A stretch of DNA of 64,000 nt from Oscillospiraceae bacterium. Lineage in GTDB: Bacteria > Bacillota > Clostridia > Oscillospirales > CAG-272. Positions 27,937 to 36,569 of this stretch are shown in pieces. The notes under the pieces are model-generated. The model was not told the origin of the DNA. It saw nothing but the letters and a program-made list of their open reading frames with translations, and ran no database searches. The stretch covers positions 12,800-76,799 of the forward strand of contig SVRP01000004.1 of NCBI GenBank assembly GCA_015064735.1. Reading direction: 5' to 3'. A program made the translations under genes and the position numbers. Position 1 is the first letter of the stretch. The number at the start of each line of letters is the position of its first letter.

Positions 27937-28874
27937 TATTTTATCTCCTTGCCGATAAAACGCATGGCATTGTTATAATAAATATTTTCAAGTATTTCTT
28001 TCGGCAGACGCACAGGAGAGATCCTTTTGCCGCATACCTCTTTGTATTCTCCGCCACCGAAGAAATGGGATGTAACCGTATTCTTTTTGTCGTTATACAT
28101 TCTTGCTTCTCCGACAAGGTGATTGGTGGCGTCTGTTCCGAAGAAAATTCTGTCGCCGTGCTTAAGGAAGAATTCCTCGGCTCTGTCACGGATGAGCGAA
28201 AGCTCCTCGTATATATTGAGAGCGGGGGTCATGTCCATATAAAGATTAGGGTATTTTTCCATCATATCGAAAGCCTTGTCGATATTTTCAGAGTAAAAGC
28301 CCATGTGCGCCATTGCTATTTTAAGGTTTGGATGGCGTTCGAGTATATTGTCCACCGATTGATAGTATCTGTCGTGAGTAGGGACGCTGTCATCGTATAC
28401 CCACCCCATTTTTATTGCCCGCTCGGGAGCCTTTGATATATCCCAGCTGTACGCGGGGTCATTGTTGTGCATTATTATAGGATATTGCTTCTCCTCGGCA
28501 AGAGCGAAGAAATTCTCGTAGATCTCGTGGTCGTAAAGATATGGGAAATTCTTGTAGTAATTTGGCTTACCTCCGCGGAGAAGCTTTATGCCGTCAAAGC
28601 CGTTGCTCATATAGTATTCGGCTTGCTTTGCAAAATCTTTTTCCGGAAGCAAACAGCAAAATGCGTAGCTTCCGTCTCCCATTTCTTCCTTGAGCTCAAG
28701 TGCTGCCTCGTTGCATTTTTCGTAAAATCCCTTATTATCTTCAAGACGGTAGCAGAAAGCCAGAATATTTATACCGCTGTATCCGTGGCGCTCGCACATA
28801 TCCTTGAAATAATATGCCGACTGCTTAACGGGAAGCGCGGTTTCTATGTGAACGTGAAAGTCGATCTTCTTCAT
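27936..28874 (-). CDS. amidohydrolase-family metal-dependent hydrolase (TIM barrel)
   Basis: MKKIDFHVHIE (HxH metal motif) and later IMHNND, AHMG, FGTDA. ATG 28874 behind AGAGG. Track N-extension rejected. Confidence 0.8.
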   Translation of the reverse strand: MKKIDFHVHIETALPVKQSAYYFKDMCERHGYSGINILAFCYRLEDNKGFYEKCNEAALELKEEMGDGSYAFCCLLPEKDFAKQAEYYMSNGFDGIKLLRGGKPNYYKNFPYLYDHEIYENFFALAEEKQYPIIMHNNDPAYSWDISKAPERAIKMGWVYDDSVPTHDRYYQSVDNILERHPNLKIAMAHMGFYSENIDKAFDMMEKYPNLYMDMTPALNIYEELSLIRDRAEEFFLKHGDRIFFGTDATNHLVGEARMYNDKKNTVTSHFFGGGEYKEVCGKRISPVRLPKEILENIYYNNAMRFIGKEIK

Positions 28875-28875
28875 T

Positions 28876-29487
28876 TTACACCTCTTTGATAATGTTGTAC
28901 AGATATGTTTTGAGCGCATCTGCGTTTCCGTCAAACAGATATCCCGTGATACCGAACGCTTCCGCACCCTTGATGTTTTTCTCGCTGTCGTCTATAAATA
29001 CCGTTTCCTCGGGCAAAATATCACAGACAGAGCAGAGATGCTCAAAAATCTCCGCATGAGGCTTCGTATATCCGCATACGGCGGAAAAGATACATTCCTC
29101 AAACTCATCAAGAACGGGAATTTCATTCCTGTGATTCGCAAAATACGTGCATATGTTAGAGAGAAGAAAAGTACGCACCCCGAAATCCTTTTTTATATCA
29201 GAAACAAGCTCTCTCATGCCCTCAATTTCCGGAATATTGTATATCCAATTATAGTAGATTCGGTCAACAGATCCGTGAAGTCTTTCGGGTAGCCTTTCCT
29301 TGCAGGCAAATACGACCTCATCATCGGTAATCGTTCCGGCATCCAGCCTGTCCCAATACAAACGGTCAAAAATGACCGACTCAAGTAAGAAAGAGTCCGA
29401 TGGATCGGAAACGTATTTTGACACCATATATGAGGGTTCGAAGTGAACCATAACCTGACCAAAATCAAAAACAACGTTTTTTATCAT
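28876..29487 (-). CDS. HAD-superfamily hydrolase
   Basis: MIKNVVFDFGQV (DxD-type motif I variant) and FIDDSEKN (motif IV). ATG 29487 behind GAGGA preferred over 29508. Confidence 0.8.
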   Translation of the reverse strand: MIKNVVFDFGQVMVHFEPSYMVSKYVSDPSDSFLLESVIFDRLYWDRLDAGTITDDEVVFACKERLPERLHGSVDRIYYNWIYNIPEIEGMRELVSDIKKDFGVRTFLLSNICTYFANHRNEIPVLDEFEECIFSAVCGYTKPHAEIFEHLCSVCDILPEETVFIDDSEKNIKGAEAFGITGYLFDGNADALKTYLYNIIKEV

Positions 29488-29645
29488 ATTTTCATCCTCA
29501 AAAATCATTTAAAATAATGATAGCACACGGGTAAGGCTTTGTCAATAAAATTTGATAAAGAGCAGGGAAAAAATTCAGTAATGGTATTGACAAAATTTAA
29601 AAAACATGATAATATAGTATCGAATACTACATTTGAGGTGAGGGT

Positions 29646-30431
29646 ATGGATAAAAGAAAGGTCATCTATTACAGCGACGAGCTTAATGACGAGTTCTCAA
29701 TAGCACAGATAGAGCCCAAGCCCATAGACGGTAATTACGTGTATATCCATAGCTCGGCAATAAAGAAATTCACGCATTTTTTTTGGTATCGCATAGTTGC
29801 CAATCCAATTGCGTTTCTTTATACCAAAATATCCTTTCATCACAAAATCGTAAATAAAAAAATCCTCAAGCCTTATCGGAAAACGGGATATTTCATGTAC
29901 GGAAATCACACGCAGGATATAGCCGATGCGTGTATTCCGTCTATGATAAACAATCCAAAGGACACATATGTAATAGTCCATGCCAACAATGTGTCAATGC
30001 CATATCTCGGACGTGTAACCCCCTCAATGGGTGCGTTGCCTTTGCCCGACGGAATGGACGGATACGGGAATTTTTTGAAAGCAATAGAAACGAGAATAAC
30101 CGAGGGCAGAGCAGTTGTAATATACCCCGAGGCACATATATGGCCCTATTACACGCATATACGTCCCTTTGCCGACACCTCGTTTCACTATCCCATAAAG
30201 TACAAAGCACCTACATTCTGCTTTACCAATACCTATCAGAAAAGAACGGTAGGAAAAAAGCCGAAGATCGTTACCTACGTTGACGGACCCTTTTTCCCGG
30301 ATGAAAGCCTTCCTTTGAGAAGCAGAAAAAAAGAGCTTCGCGATAGGGTGTACGAATGTATGTGCGAAAGAGCCAAGCTCTCAACGGTAGAGCAAATCAA
30401 ATATATAAAAAGAGAAGAGAACGATGGTTAA
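29646..30431 (+). CDS. lysophospholipid acyltransferase (PlsC/LPLAT-like) family protein
   Basis: GNHTQDIAD (H-x-D box variant) and VIYPEAHIW blocks. Paralogous to the C-terminal half of 31258..33039. Confidence 0.7.
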   Translation: MDKRKVIYYSDELNDEFSIAQIEPKPIDGNYVYIHSSAIKKFTHFFWYRIVANPIAFLYTKISFHHKIVNKKILKPYRKTGYFMYGNHTQDIADACIPSMINNPKDTYVIVHANNVSMPYLGRVTPSMGALPLPDGMDGYGNFLKAIETRITEGRAVVIYPEAHIWPYYTHIRPFADTSFHYPIKYKAPTFCFTNTYQKRTVGKKPKIVTYVDGPFFPDESLPLRSRKKELRDRVYECMCERAKLSTVEQIKYIKREENDG

Positions 30432-31254
30432 TATTTTATTTTGCGGAAACGACAGGGTTTTTGACGGAATGCTTACCGCCGCGCTGTCAATTATGAAGCG
30501 GACGGATTCCGACGAGCCGTTTACCTTTTACGTATATACCATGGACGTATCTCATATAAAGGATAGCTATTTGCCGGTAAACGACAGGCAGATGGAATTC
30601 TTTGAGGGTGTCATAAAGAAATATAACCGCGAAAATAAGGCGGTGAAGATAGACGTTACCGAAATCTATAACCGTGAATTTGCGGGAAGTCCCAATGAGA
30701 GCGCGTATTGCTCTCCCTACACGCTTATAAGGCTTTTTGCCGACGAGGTGGAGGGAATGCCTGATAAGCTTCTGTATCTTGACGTAGATATACTTTTCAA
30801 CAGAGATATACATCTTCTGTACGATACAGACATAGAGGGATATGAGTATGCCGCCGCAAGAGATCACTACGGTAAGTTCCTTATATCCCCGAATTACGTA
30901 AACGCTGGAGTTCTCCTTTTCAACCTTGCAAGGATGAAGGAGACAGGCTTGCTTGCAAAGGCGAGGGAGCTGATTCGAACGAAAAAGCTGGTTTTTGCCG
31001 ATCAAAGCGCAATAATAAGATCAACCGAGAAAAAGAAAATGCTTCCCCAAAAGTTCAACGATCAGAAGTTTTTGCATAAGCATACCGTAGTCAGACATTT
31101 TTCCAAGAGGCTTTTCTGGTTGCCTTATCCCCATACCGATAACGTAAAGCAGTGGCACGTAAGCAGGGTGCATAAGGTTTTCGGTTATTATTGCTTCGAC
31201 GATATATTGTACGAGTATATTTATTTAAGAGAAAAATTCAACAGAGAGGATTAA
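30424..31254 (+). CDS. glycosyltransferase family 8
   Basis: LYLDVDILF (DxD), NAGVLLFN, and FADQSAI patterns typical of GT8. Confidence 0.85.
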   Translation: MVNILFCGNDRVFDGMLTAALSIMKRTDSDEPFTFYVYTMDVSHIKDSYLPVNDRQMEFFEGVIKKYNRENKAVKIDVTEIYNREFAGSPNESAYCSPYTLIRLFADEVEGMPDKLLYLDVDILFNRDIHLLYDTDIEGYEYAAARDHYGKFLISPNYVNAGVLLFNLARMKETGLLAKARELIRTKKLVFADQSAIIRSTEKKKMLPQKFNDQKFLHKHTVVRHFSKRLFWLPYPHTDNVKQWHVSRVHKVFGYYCFDDILYEYIYLREKFNRED

Positions 31255-31257
31255 ATT

Positions 31258-33039
31258 ATGCCGGTTTCACATATTCCGATTTTTTATGCTTGCGATAACA
31301 CTTTTGTAAAATATACCGTGGTATCGCTTTACTCCATGATACAGAACGCATCAAAGGAGTATAAATATCATGTTTATATACTTCATACCGATATAGAGGA
31401 GGAGACTAAGGCAGATGCTTATGCTCTGGCAAACGAGAATTTTGAGATCTCCTTTGAGGACGTAACCGATTATCTCGATACTATTGCCGAAAAACTTCCG
31501 TTGAGAGACTATTATTCTAAGACTACGTATTTCCGTATGTTTATAGCCGAAATGTTCCCCGAATACGATAAGGCTATATACATCGACAGCGATACTATCG
31601 TTCAGGGCGACATAAGCAAGATGTATAATACCAATATTAGGGAAGCATATCTCGGTGCGTGCCACGAGCAGGCAATGGTTCAGGTTGACGAGTACGGTAC
31701 CTATGCGGAAAAGGTAGTTGGAGTGTCAAGATATAACTTCTTTAATGCCGGAGTTATACTCATAAACTGCGACAAATTCCGCGTTCATTTCGTTCTCGAT
31801 AAATTCATTCAGTATCTTCATACCTACAATTTCGTAGTAACACAGGATGAGGATTATCTTAATCTCATCTGTAAGGATCACGTTTATTGGCTTGACCAGA
31901 GATGGAATACGGAAATCTTCGGTAATATAGATTATCCCATAGAGGAAGCCTGTGTTCTTCATTACATCATGGTAAATAAGCCTTGGCACTACAAGGATTG
32001 CAGACACGGTGATATTTTCTGGAAATACGCCAAGGAGACCTCTGTGTATGAAGAGATGCTTTCCATTCTGGAAAATTACAGCGACGAGGAAAAGGCAAGA
32101 GACGTAAAGTCAGCCGAAAGTCTTCTGGCTCTTGCGGTGGCGGAGACCAAGAAGGAGGATAATTATATTAACCGCCTTAACCGCTCCGACAGAGCAAAGG
32201 ATAGAGTCGATATCGTAAAGAAGATAGAGCAATACGAGAGAGAAGGACGCTTTGACGAGGACGTTGAGGCAGACCCTCCCGGCAAGGTTCTTATGCCCGA
32301 AGATATAGACTATCTCAGAAAGGGCTACACAGATAAGCTTAAGACAAAGCTTGCGTTTATGATAGCGAGAAGGTTTGTAAACAGCCTCATCGATGAGAAG
32401 AAGATGATCATCAAGGAGATAAGGGGAATAGAGAACTTCAAAAAGCTTAATAGCGGAGCGATTATAACCTGTAACCATTTCAATGCCTTTGACAGCTTTG
32501 CTATTCAAATGGCATACGAGGCGGCAGAGCAGCCCGAAAGAAAGTTTTACAGAATTATACGAGAGGGAAATTATACCTCATTCCCCGGATTTTACGGTTT
32601 TTTGATGAGACACTGTAATACGCTTCCTCTCTCATCGAACAGAGAGACCCTCAAGAAGTTTACAGAAGCGGTTGATACAAGACTCAAAGAGGGACATTTC
32701 GTTCTTATTTATCCCGAGCAGAGCATGTGGTGGAATTACCGTAAGCCCAAGCCCTTAAAAACCGGAGCTTATATGTTTGCCGCAAAGAGCGGGGTACCCG
32801 TTCTGCCTTGCTTTATCACCATGAAGGATTCGGATATAATGGGAGACGACGGATATTTTGTTCAGGAATATACAATTCATATTTCCGCTCCTATCTACCC
32901 CGAGGACGGCTTGAACTACCGTAAGAACATGGTAAAGATGATGGAGAAAAACGCGGAAATCTGGAAGGAAATATACGAAACCGAATACCACATTCCCCTT
33001 ACCTATACTACCGAGACAAATAAGGCAGAGGAAGAATAA
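31258..33039 (+). CDS. fusion protein: N-terminal GT8 glycosyltransferase + C-terminal LPLAT-type acyltransferase
   Basis: N-half: IYIDSDTIV, NAGVILIN, QDEDYLN. C-half: ITCNHFNAFDSF (HxxxxD) and VLIYPEQSMW. Confidence 0.85.
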   Translation: MPVSHIPIFYACDNTFVKYTVVSLYSMIQNASKEYKYHVYILHTDIEEETKADAYALANENFEISFEDVTDYLDTIAEKLPLRDYYSKTTYFRMFIAEMFPEYDKAIYIDSDTIVQGDISKMYNTNIREAYLGACHEQAMVQVDEYGTYAEKVVGVSRYNFFNAGVILINCDKFRVHFVLDKFIQYLHTYNFVVTQDEDYLNLICKDHVYWLDQRWNTEIFGNIDYPIEEACVLHYIMVNKPWHYKDCRHGDIFWKYAKETSVYEEMLSILENYSDEEKARDVKSAESLLALAVAETKKEDNYINRLNRSDRAKDRVDIVKKIEQYEREGRFDEDVEADPPGKVLMPEDIDYLRKGYTDKLKTKLAFMIARRFVNSLIDEKKMIIKEIRGIENFKKLNSGAIITCNHFNAFDSFAIQMAYEAAEQPERKFYRIIREGNYTSFPGFYGFLMRHCNTLPLSSNRETLKKFTEAVDTRLKEGHFVLIYPEQSMWWNYRKPKPLKTGAYMFAAKSGVPVLPCFITMKDSDIMGDDGYFVQEYTIHISAPIYPEDGLNYRKNMVKMMEKNAEIWKEIYETEYHIPLTYTTETNKAEEE

Positions 33040-33042
33040 CAG

Positions 33043-33612
33043 ATGCAATCAGACCGCATTTATTACGAGCTCCTGCGAAGCGACCGTAAGACCTGTCAGA
33101 TTCAGGTCAAAGCTGACGGAAGTGTAATAGTCAGAGCTCCAAAACGAATGCCATTGCGGGATATAGAACGTTTCGTAAGCGAAAAATCCGATTGGATTGA
33201 AAACGCTTTTGAAAAAAACCGCAGAGCAAGAGAACAAATTAAGTATACAGAACCGTTAACCCACGAAGAAATAGGTAAACTTGCCAATATGGCGCTTGAG
33301 TACATTCCTAAAAGGGTGGAGCATTATGCGCCGATTGTGGGAGCAGAATACGGAAATATAACTATACGTAATCAGAAAACACGGTGGGGAAGCTGTAGCG
33401 GTAAAAAGAATTTAAATTTCAATTGCCTTTTAATGCTTACCGATGAAAGAATAATTGATTACGTTGTCGTTCATGAGCTTTGCCATTTAAAAGAGATGAA
33501 TCATTCGGAAAGATTTTGGGCAGAGGTCGAAAAGGTATTGCCCGAATATAAAGCAAGCAGAGCATGGCTCAAAGCAAACGGAACTGCAATAATCGCAAGA
33601 ATGACCAAATAA
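33043..33612 (+). CDS. YgjP-like (DUF45/M48-related) metal-dependent hydrolase
   Basis: WGSCS... and VVHELCHLKEMNHSERFW (HExxH) hallmark. Confidence 0.85.
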   Translation: MQSDRIYYELLRSDRKTCQIQVKADGSVIVRAPKRMPLRDIERFVSEKSDWIENAFEKNRRAREQIKYTEPLTHEEIGKLANMALEYIPKRVEHYAPIVGAEYGNITIRNQKTRWGSCSGKKNLNFNCLLMLTDERIIDYVVVHELCHLKEMNHSERFWAEVEKVLPEYKASRAWLKANGTAIIARMTK

Positions 33613-33616
33613 AAAC

Positions 33617-33661
33617 AAAAAGTGGCTGTCTCAAATGAAAATTTGAGACAGCCACTTTTTT
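33617..33661 (+). terminator. intrinsic terminator
   Basis: AAAAAGTGGCTGTCTCAAA...TTTGAGACAGCCACTTTTT. Confidence 0.85.
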
Positions 33662-33761
33662 GTGGGATGGTCAGATTTAGGCAGGAAGCGTCGATTTTCG
33701 GGGCATGAGGCGTACAAAGCGCAAAATATTCCAAAAAAACAAAAAAAAAGCAAAAAAACTA

Positions 33762-33790
33762 TTGACTTATTTTGTCAAATGGTGTAGAAT
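33762..33790 (+). promoter_or_regulatory. SigA-type promoter
   Basis: TTGACT-17 nt-TAGAAT with a TG just upstream. Confidence 0.5.
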
Positions 33791-33830
33791 AAGACATCAA
33801 TAATATTTTTTCAACAAGGAGAGTAGAAAA

Positions 33831-34541
33831 ATGGACATTTCTAACATTTTTTCCTCAATTGGCAGTACCTTTAAGGGTATGGCCAATATGTTCACCTCAG
33901 GTTCAGCGCTCGTTTTGATTATCGTAGCTGTAGTTGCATTTTTCTTTGCACTGTTTGGCTTCAAGCTTTTCAAAATCTTCGTTGGCTTCATGACCGGTTG
34001 TGCGGGTCTTGCTATCGGTTTCTTGCTTGGCTCCATAATCACTGCTATCATTGCATCAAGCGGCGGCTCCTCAGACGCTTTGAAGTGGATCCCCATTGTT
34101 TGCGCAATCATCGTAGGTATTTTGCTTGCGGTTTGGGGATATAAGCACCCCTTCGGTCTTATCAAGTTTGTTGTAGGCGTTCTTGTATACGGCGCGACCT
34201 GTATAAATTTCGTTCTTAAGATGTACGAAAAGACCAGCGATCCCGGAGTGTTCGCTATGATTTTGAACTACGTAATCCTTCCTACGATTATTACGTGCAT
34301 CGTGTGCTGGCTCGTTGGCTTGTTCCTCACGGCAGCTGTAATTCTTTCCACTTCTTTCGGTGGCGCATACTTGGGAAGCTCCTGCTTGCTTTCTTTGCTC
34401 AATATTCCTGCCGCAGGTATTATTGCGATCATCGTTGGAGTAATACTCGGCGTTGTTTGTATGATATTCCAGATCAAGAATAATAACGACAAGAAAACCA
34501 AGCTTAAAGACTTTTTGTTCGCAAAAAAGAAAAAGAGCTAA
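33831..34541 (+). CDS. polytopic membrane protein, function unknown
   Basis: 236 aa with about 7 hydrophobic segments and a lysine-rich C-terminus. RBS AAGGAGAG. Confidence 0.75.
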   Translation: MDISNIFSSIGSTFKGMANMFTSGSALVLIIVAVVAFFFALFGFKLFKIFVGFMTGCAGLAIGFLLGSIITAIIASSGGSSDALKWIPIVCAIIVGILLAVWGYKHPFGLIKFVVGVLVYGATCINFVLKMYEKTSDPGVFAMILNYVILPTIITCIVCWLVGLFLTAAVILSTSFGGAYLGSSCLLSLLNIPAAGIIAIIVGVILGVVCMIFQIKNNNDKKTKLKDFLFAKKKKS

Positions 34542-34555
34542 ATGATCTTTAATAT

Positions 34556-34596
34556 AAAAACATCCTCTGAGACGGCAGTTTCAGAGGATGTTTTTT
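34556..34596 (+). terminator. intrinsic terminator
   Basis: AAAAACATCCTCTGA...TCAGAGGATGTTTTTT. Confidence 0.85.
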
Positions 34597-34667
34597 GCTT
34601 GTAATCAAAAGCGTTAGCGGAAAAGAGAGTGAGTCCATAAAAAATAAACGAAAAAAAGTAAAAATTG

Positions 34668-34696
34668 TTGAAAAAATAACGAATCTGTGATATAAT
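34668..34696 (+). promoter_or_regulatory. SigA-type promoter
   Basis: TTGAAA-17 nt-TGaTATAAT. Confidence 0.55.
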
Positions 34697-34732
34697 ATAC
34701 GCATAAATTTTACGTAACCGAGGGAGGTTATT

Positions 34733-35956
34733 ATGAATAAAAGTAATCAAAAATTATCCATTCGCTGGGTATATATGATTGTGGGTGTTGTTGCCATGCT
34801 GTTTGCGGGTGTTCTATATGCATGGTCTATATTGAAGTCTCCTTTGACTGCTGAGTTTGGCTGGGGTGCCTCTGAGCTTGCTCTGAATTTTACTTTGGCT
34901 ATGACATTCTTTTGTATTGGCGGACTTTTGGGTGCTCAGCTGTCTAAACGGTTGGGACACCGAATAGCGATTGTATCAGCGGGTGTTTTATCTGCGGCAG
35001 GATTTATTCTTACGGCAATTTTGAATAATGTTCCGGTTATAATGCTGTATGTTACATACGGAGTACTTGCGGGTATTGGAATCGGAATAGCTTACAATGT
35101 TGTTATAGCAACAGTTAGCGCATGGTTCCCCGATAAGAAGGGACTGTGCTCAGGATGTCTGATGATGGGATTCGGAGCTTCGGCGCTGGTTTTGGGAAAC
35201 GTGGCTGATGCTATGTTTAAGAGTGCTATGGGATGGAGAGTAACTTATATAGTACTCGGTGTTGCGATTTTTGCAGTCTTGTCTTTGTCGGGAATTATAC
35301 TTAAGAAGCCCTCTCCCGAGGTTGTTTTCCCTCAGGTCGTAGGTCCAAAATCTTCGGGCGAAGAAGTGTTTGAGAAGCAGGACTTCACGTCAAAGCAGAT
35401 GCTTTGCCGTCCGTCGTTTTGGCTTGCATTTATTTGTATATCCTTCTTGGCGGCGGTAGGAAGCTCGGTTATCAGCTTCGCTAAAGATCTTGCGCTTTCG
35501 GTAAATGCTCCCGAAACTCTTGCGGTTTCGTTGGTCGGTGTGCTTTCTGTCTGTAACGGAATCGGACGTATCCTTACGGGTGCTGTGTTCGACATTATAG
35601 GCCGTCGTAAAACCATGCTGTGCGCAAATATTCTTACCATTGGTGCTACGGCGGTTACGTTGATTGCTGTGTCAGCGAATTCCTTAGTGCTTTGCATTGT
35701 CGGTGTGTGCCTTGTTGGAATGTCGTACGGAGCTTGCCCGACTATTACAGCGGCATTTACGTCGTCATTTTTCGGCATGAAGCATTTTTCAAACAATATG
35801 GCACTTATGACATTTACGGTTATGGTTGGCTCATTTGTTGCTACTGCATCAAATAAGGTTCTTGAAGTAACCGGTGGATACACAGCTACGTTTATTATGC
35901 TGTTATCCTTGACGTCGGTAGCATTGGTATTGAATATATTTATTCGAAAGCCGTAA
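34733..35956 (+). CDS. MFS transporter, oxalate/formate antiporter (OFA)-like
   Basis: RWVYMIVGVVAMLFAGVLYAWSILKSPL is the typical OFA N-terminus. 12-TM profile. Confidence 0.85.
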   Translation: MNKSNQKLSIRWVYMIVGVVAMLFAGVLYAWSILKSPLTAEFGWGASELALNFTLAMTFFCIGGLLGAQLSKRLGHRIAIVSAGVLSAAGFILTAILNNVPVIMLYVTYGVLAGIGIGIAYNVVIATVSAWFPDKKGLCSGCLMMGFGASALVLGNVADAMFKSAMGWRVTYIVLGVAIFAVLSLSGIILKKPSPEVVFPQVVGPKSSGEEVFEKQDFTSKQMLCRPSFWLAFICISFLAAVGSSVISFAKDLALSVNAPETLAVSLVGVLSVCNGIGRILTGAVFDIIGRRKTMLCANILTIGATAVTLIAVSANSLVLCIVGVCLVGMSYGACPTITAAFTSSFFGMKHFSNNMALMTFTVMVGSFVATASNKVLEVTGGYTATFIMLLSLTSVALVLNIFIRKP

Positions 35957-36009
35957 GGTATGAATGCTTGTAGGACGGTTCACAGAGAGTGGACGGCAAA
36001 CGCATATAG

Positions 36010-36038
36010 GGCTGACAGAGGAAAAGCTGTCAGCCTTT
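36010..36038 (+). terminator. hairpin (weak terminator) of the GGCTGAC family
   Basis: GGCTGACAG-loop-CTGTCAGCC followed by TTT. The stem sequence is related to the three hairpins at 39236, 43430 and 44005. Confidence 0.5.
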
Positions 36039-36070
36039 AATAAATAAGAATTTGACGGAGGTAGCTGATA

Positions 36071-36400
36071 ATGAAAGAACTTGTTGCTGCAAGCATTCTT
36101 TTCGCAGTATCCATCTTTTTGTTTTTTCTGAGTGTCCGTTCTTTTATGGAAAAGGGCTTTCTTTTTAACAATGCTTACATTTATGCATCCAAGCAAGAAA
36201 GGAAAAAAATGAATAAAAAGCCACATTATCGCCAATCGGCTATTGTTTTTTTATTGCTTGGTTTGAGTTTTTTATTAAATGCTCTCACCGTACTGCTTAA
36301 AGTAAATTGGATTTTTTACATAGCGATAGCGGTTGTCATAGTTGCTCTCATATATGCTATTGTATCAAGCATTACAATTGAGAAAAGTAATAAACAATAA
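36071..36400 (+). CDS. small membrane protein (DUF3784-like pattern)
   Basis: 109 aa with 3-4 TM segments. RBS GGAGGT. AT-rich relative to its neighbours. Confidence 0.65.
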   Translation: MKELVAASILFAVSIFLFFLSVRSFMEKGFLFNNAYIYASKQERKKMNKKPHYRQSAIVFLLLGLSFLLNALTVLLKVNWIFYIAIAVVIVALIYAIVSSITIEKSNKQ

Positions 36401-36403
36401 CAT

Positions 36404-36427
36404 TGTTACAAAATCCAATTTGTCGTG
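36404..36427 (+). repeat. junction motif copy 1 (TGTTACAAAATCCAATTTGTCGTG)
   Basis: Starts 4 nt after the stop codon. Shares AAAWTCCAAYTTGT with 38596, 39203 and 43969. Confidence 0.8.
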
Positions 36428-36460
36428 TAGATAGCGATGGCAGTTATTGTGTAAAAAATA

Positions 36461-36489
36461 TTGACATAGACGGCAAAATATGATATACT
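36461..36489 (+). promoter_or_regulatory. SigA-type promoter of ktrBA
   Basis: TTGACA-17 nt-TGaTATACT. Confidence 0.6.
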
Positions 36490-36509
36490 TATAAAAAATA
36501 ACGATGATA

Positions 36510-36556
36510 AAAGGAACCAGCTGACTGAAGAGGACCTTGGTTCCTTTATGCTTTTT
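36510..36556 (+). promoter_or_regulatory. terminator-like hairpin in the ktrB leader (possible attenuator)
   Basis: AAAGGAACCA (36510-36519) / TGGTTCCTTT (36538-36547) followed by ATGCTTTTT. ATG is at 36570. Confidence 0.4.
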
Positions 36557-36569
36557 AGAGGAAAATCTT

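Noticed and set aside
36490-36569. ktrB leader considered as a c-di-AMP (ydaO/kimA-type) riboswitch
   Set aside because: The leader is only about 80 nt with a single hairpin. That is far too short for the roughly 130-nt pseudo-twofold ydaO fold, and no conserved ydaO blocks are recognisable.
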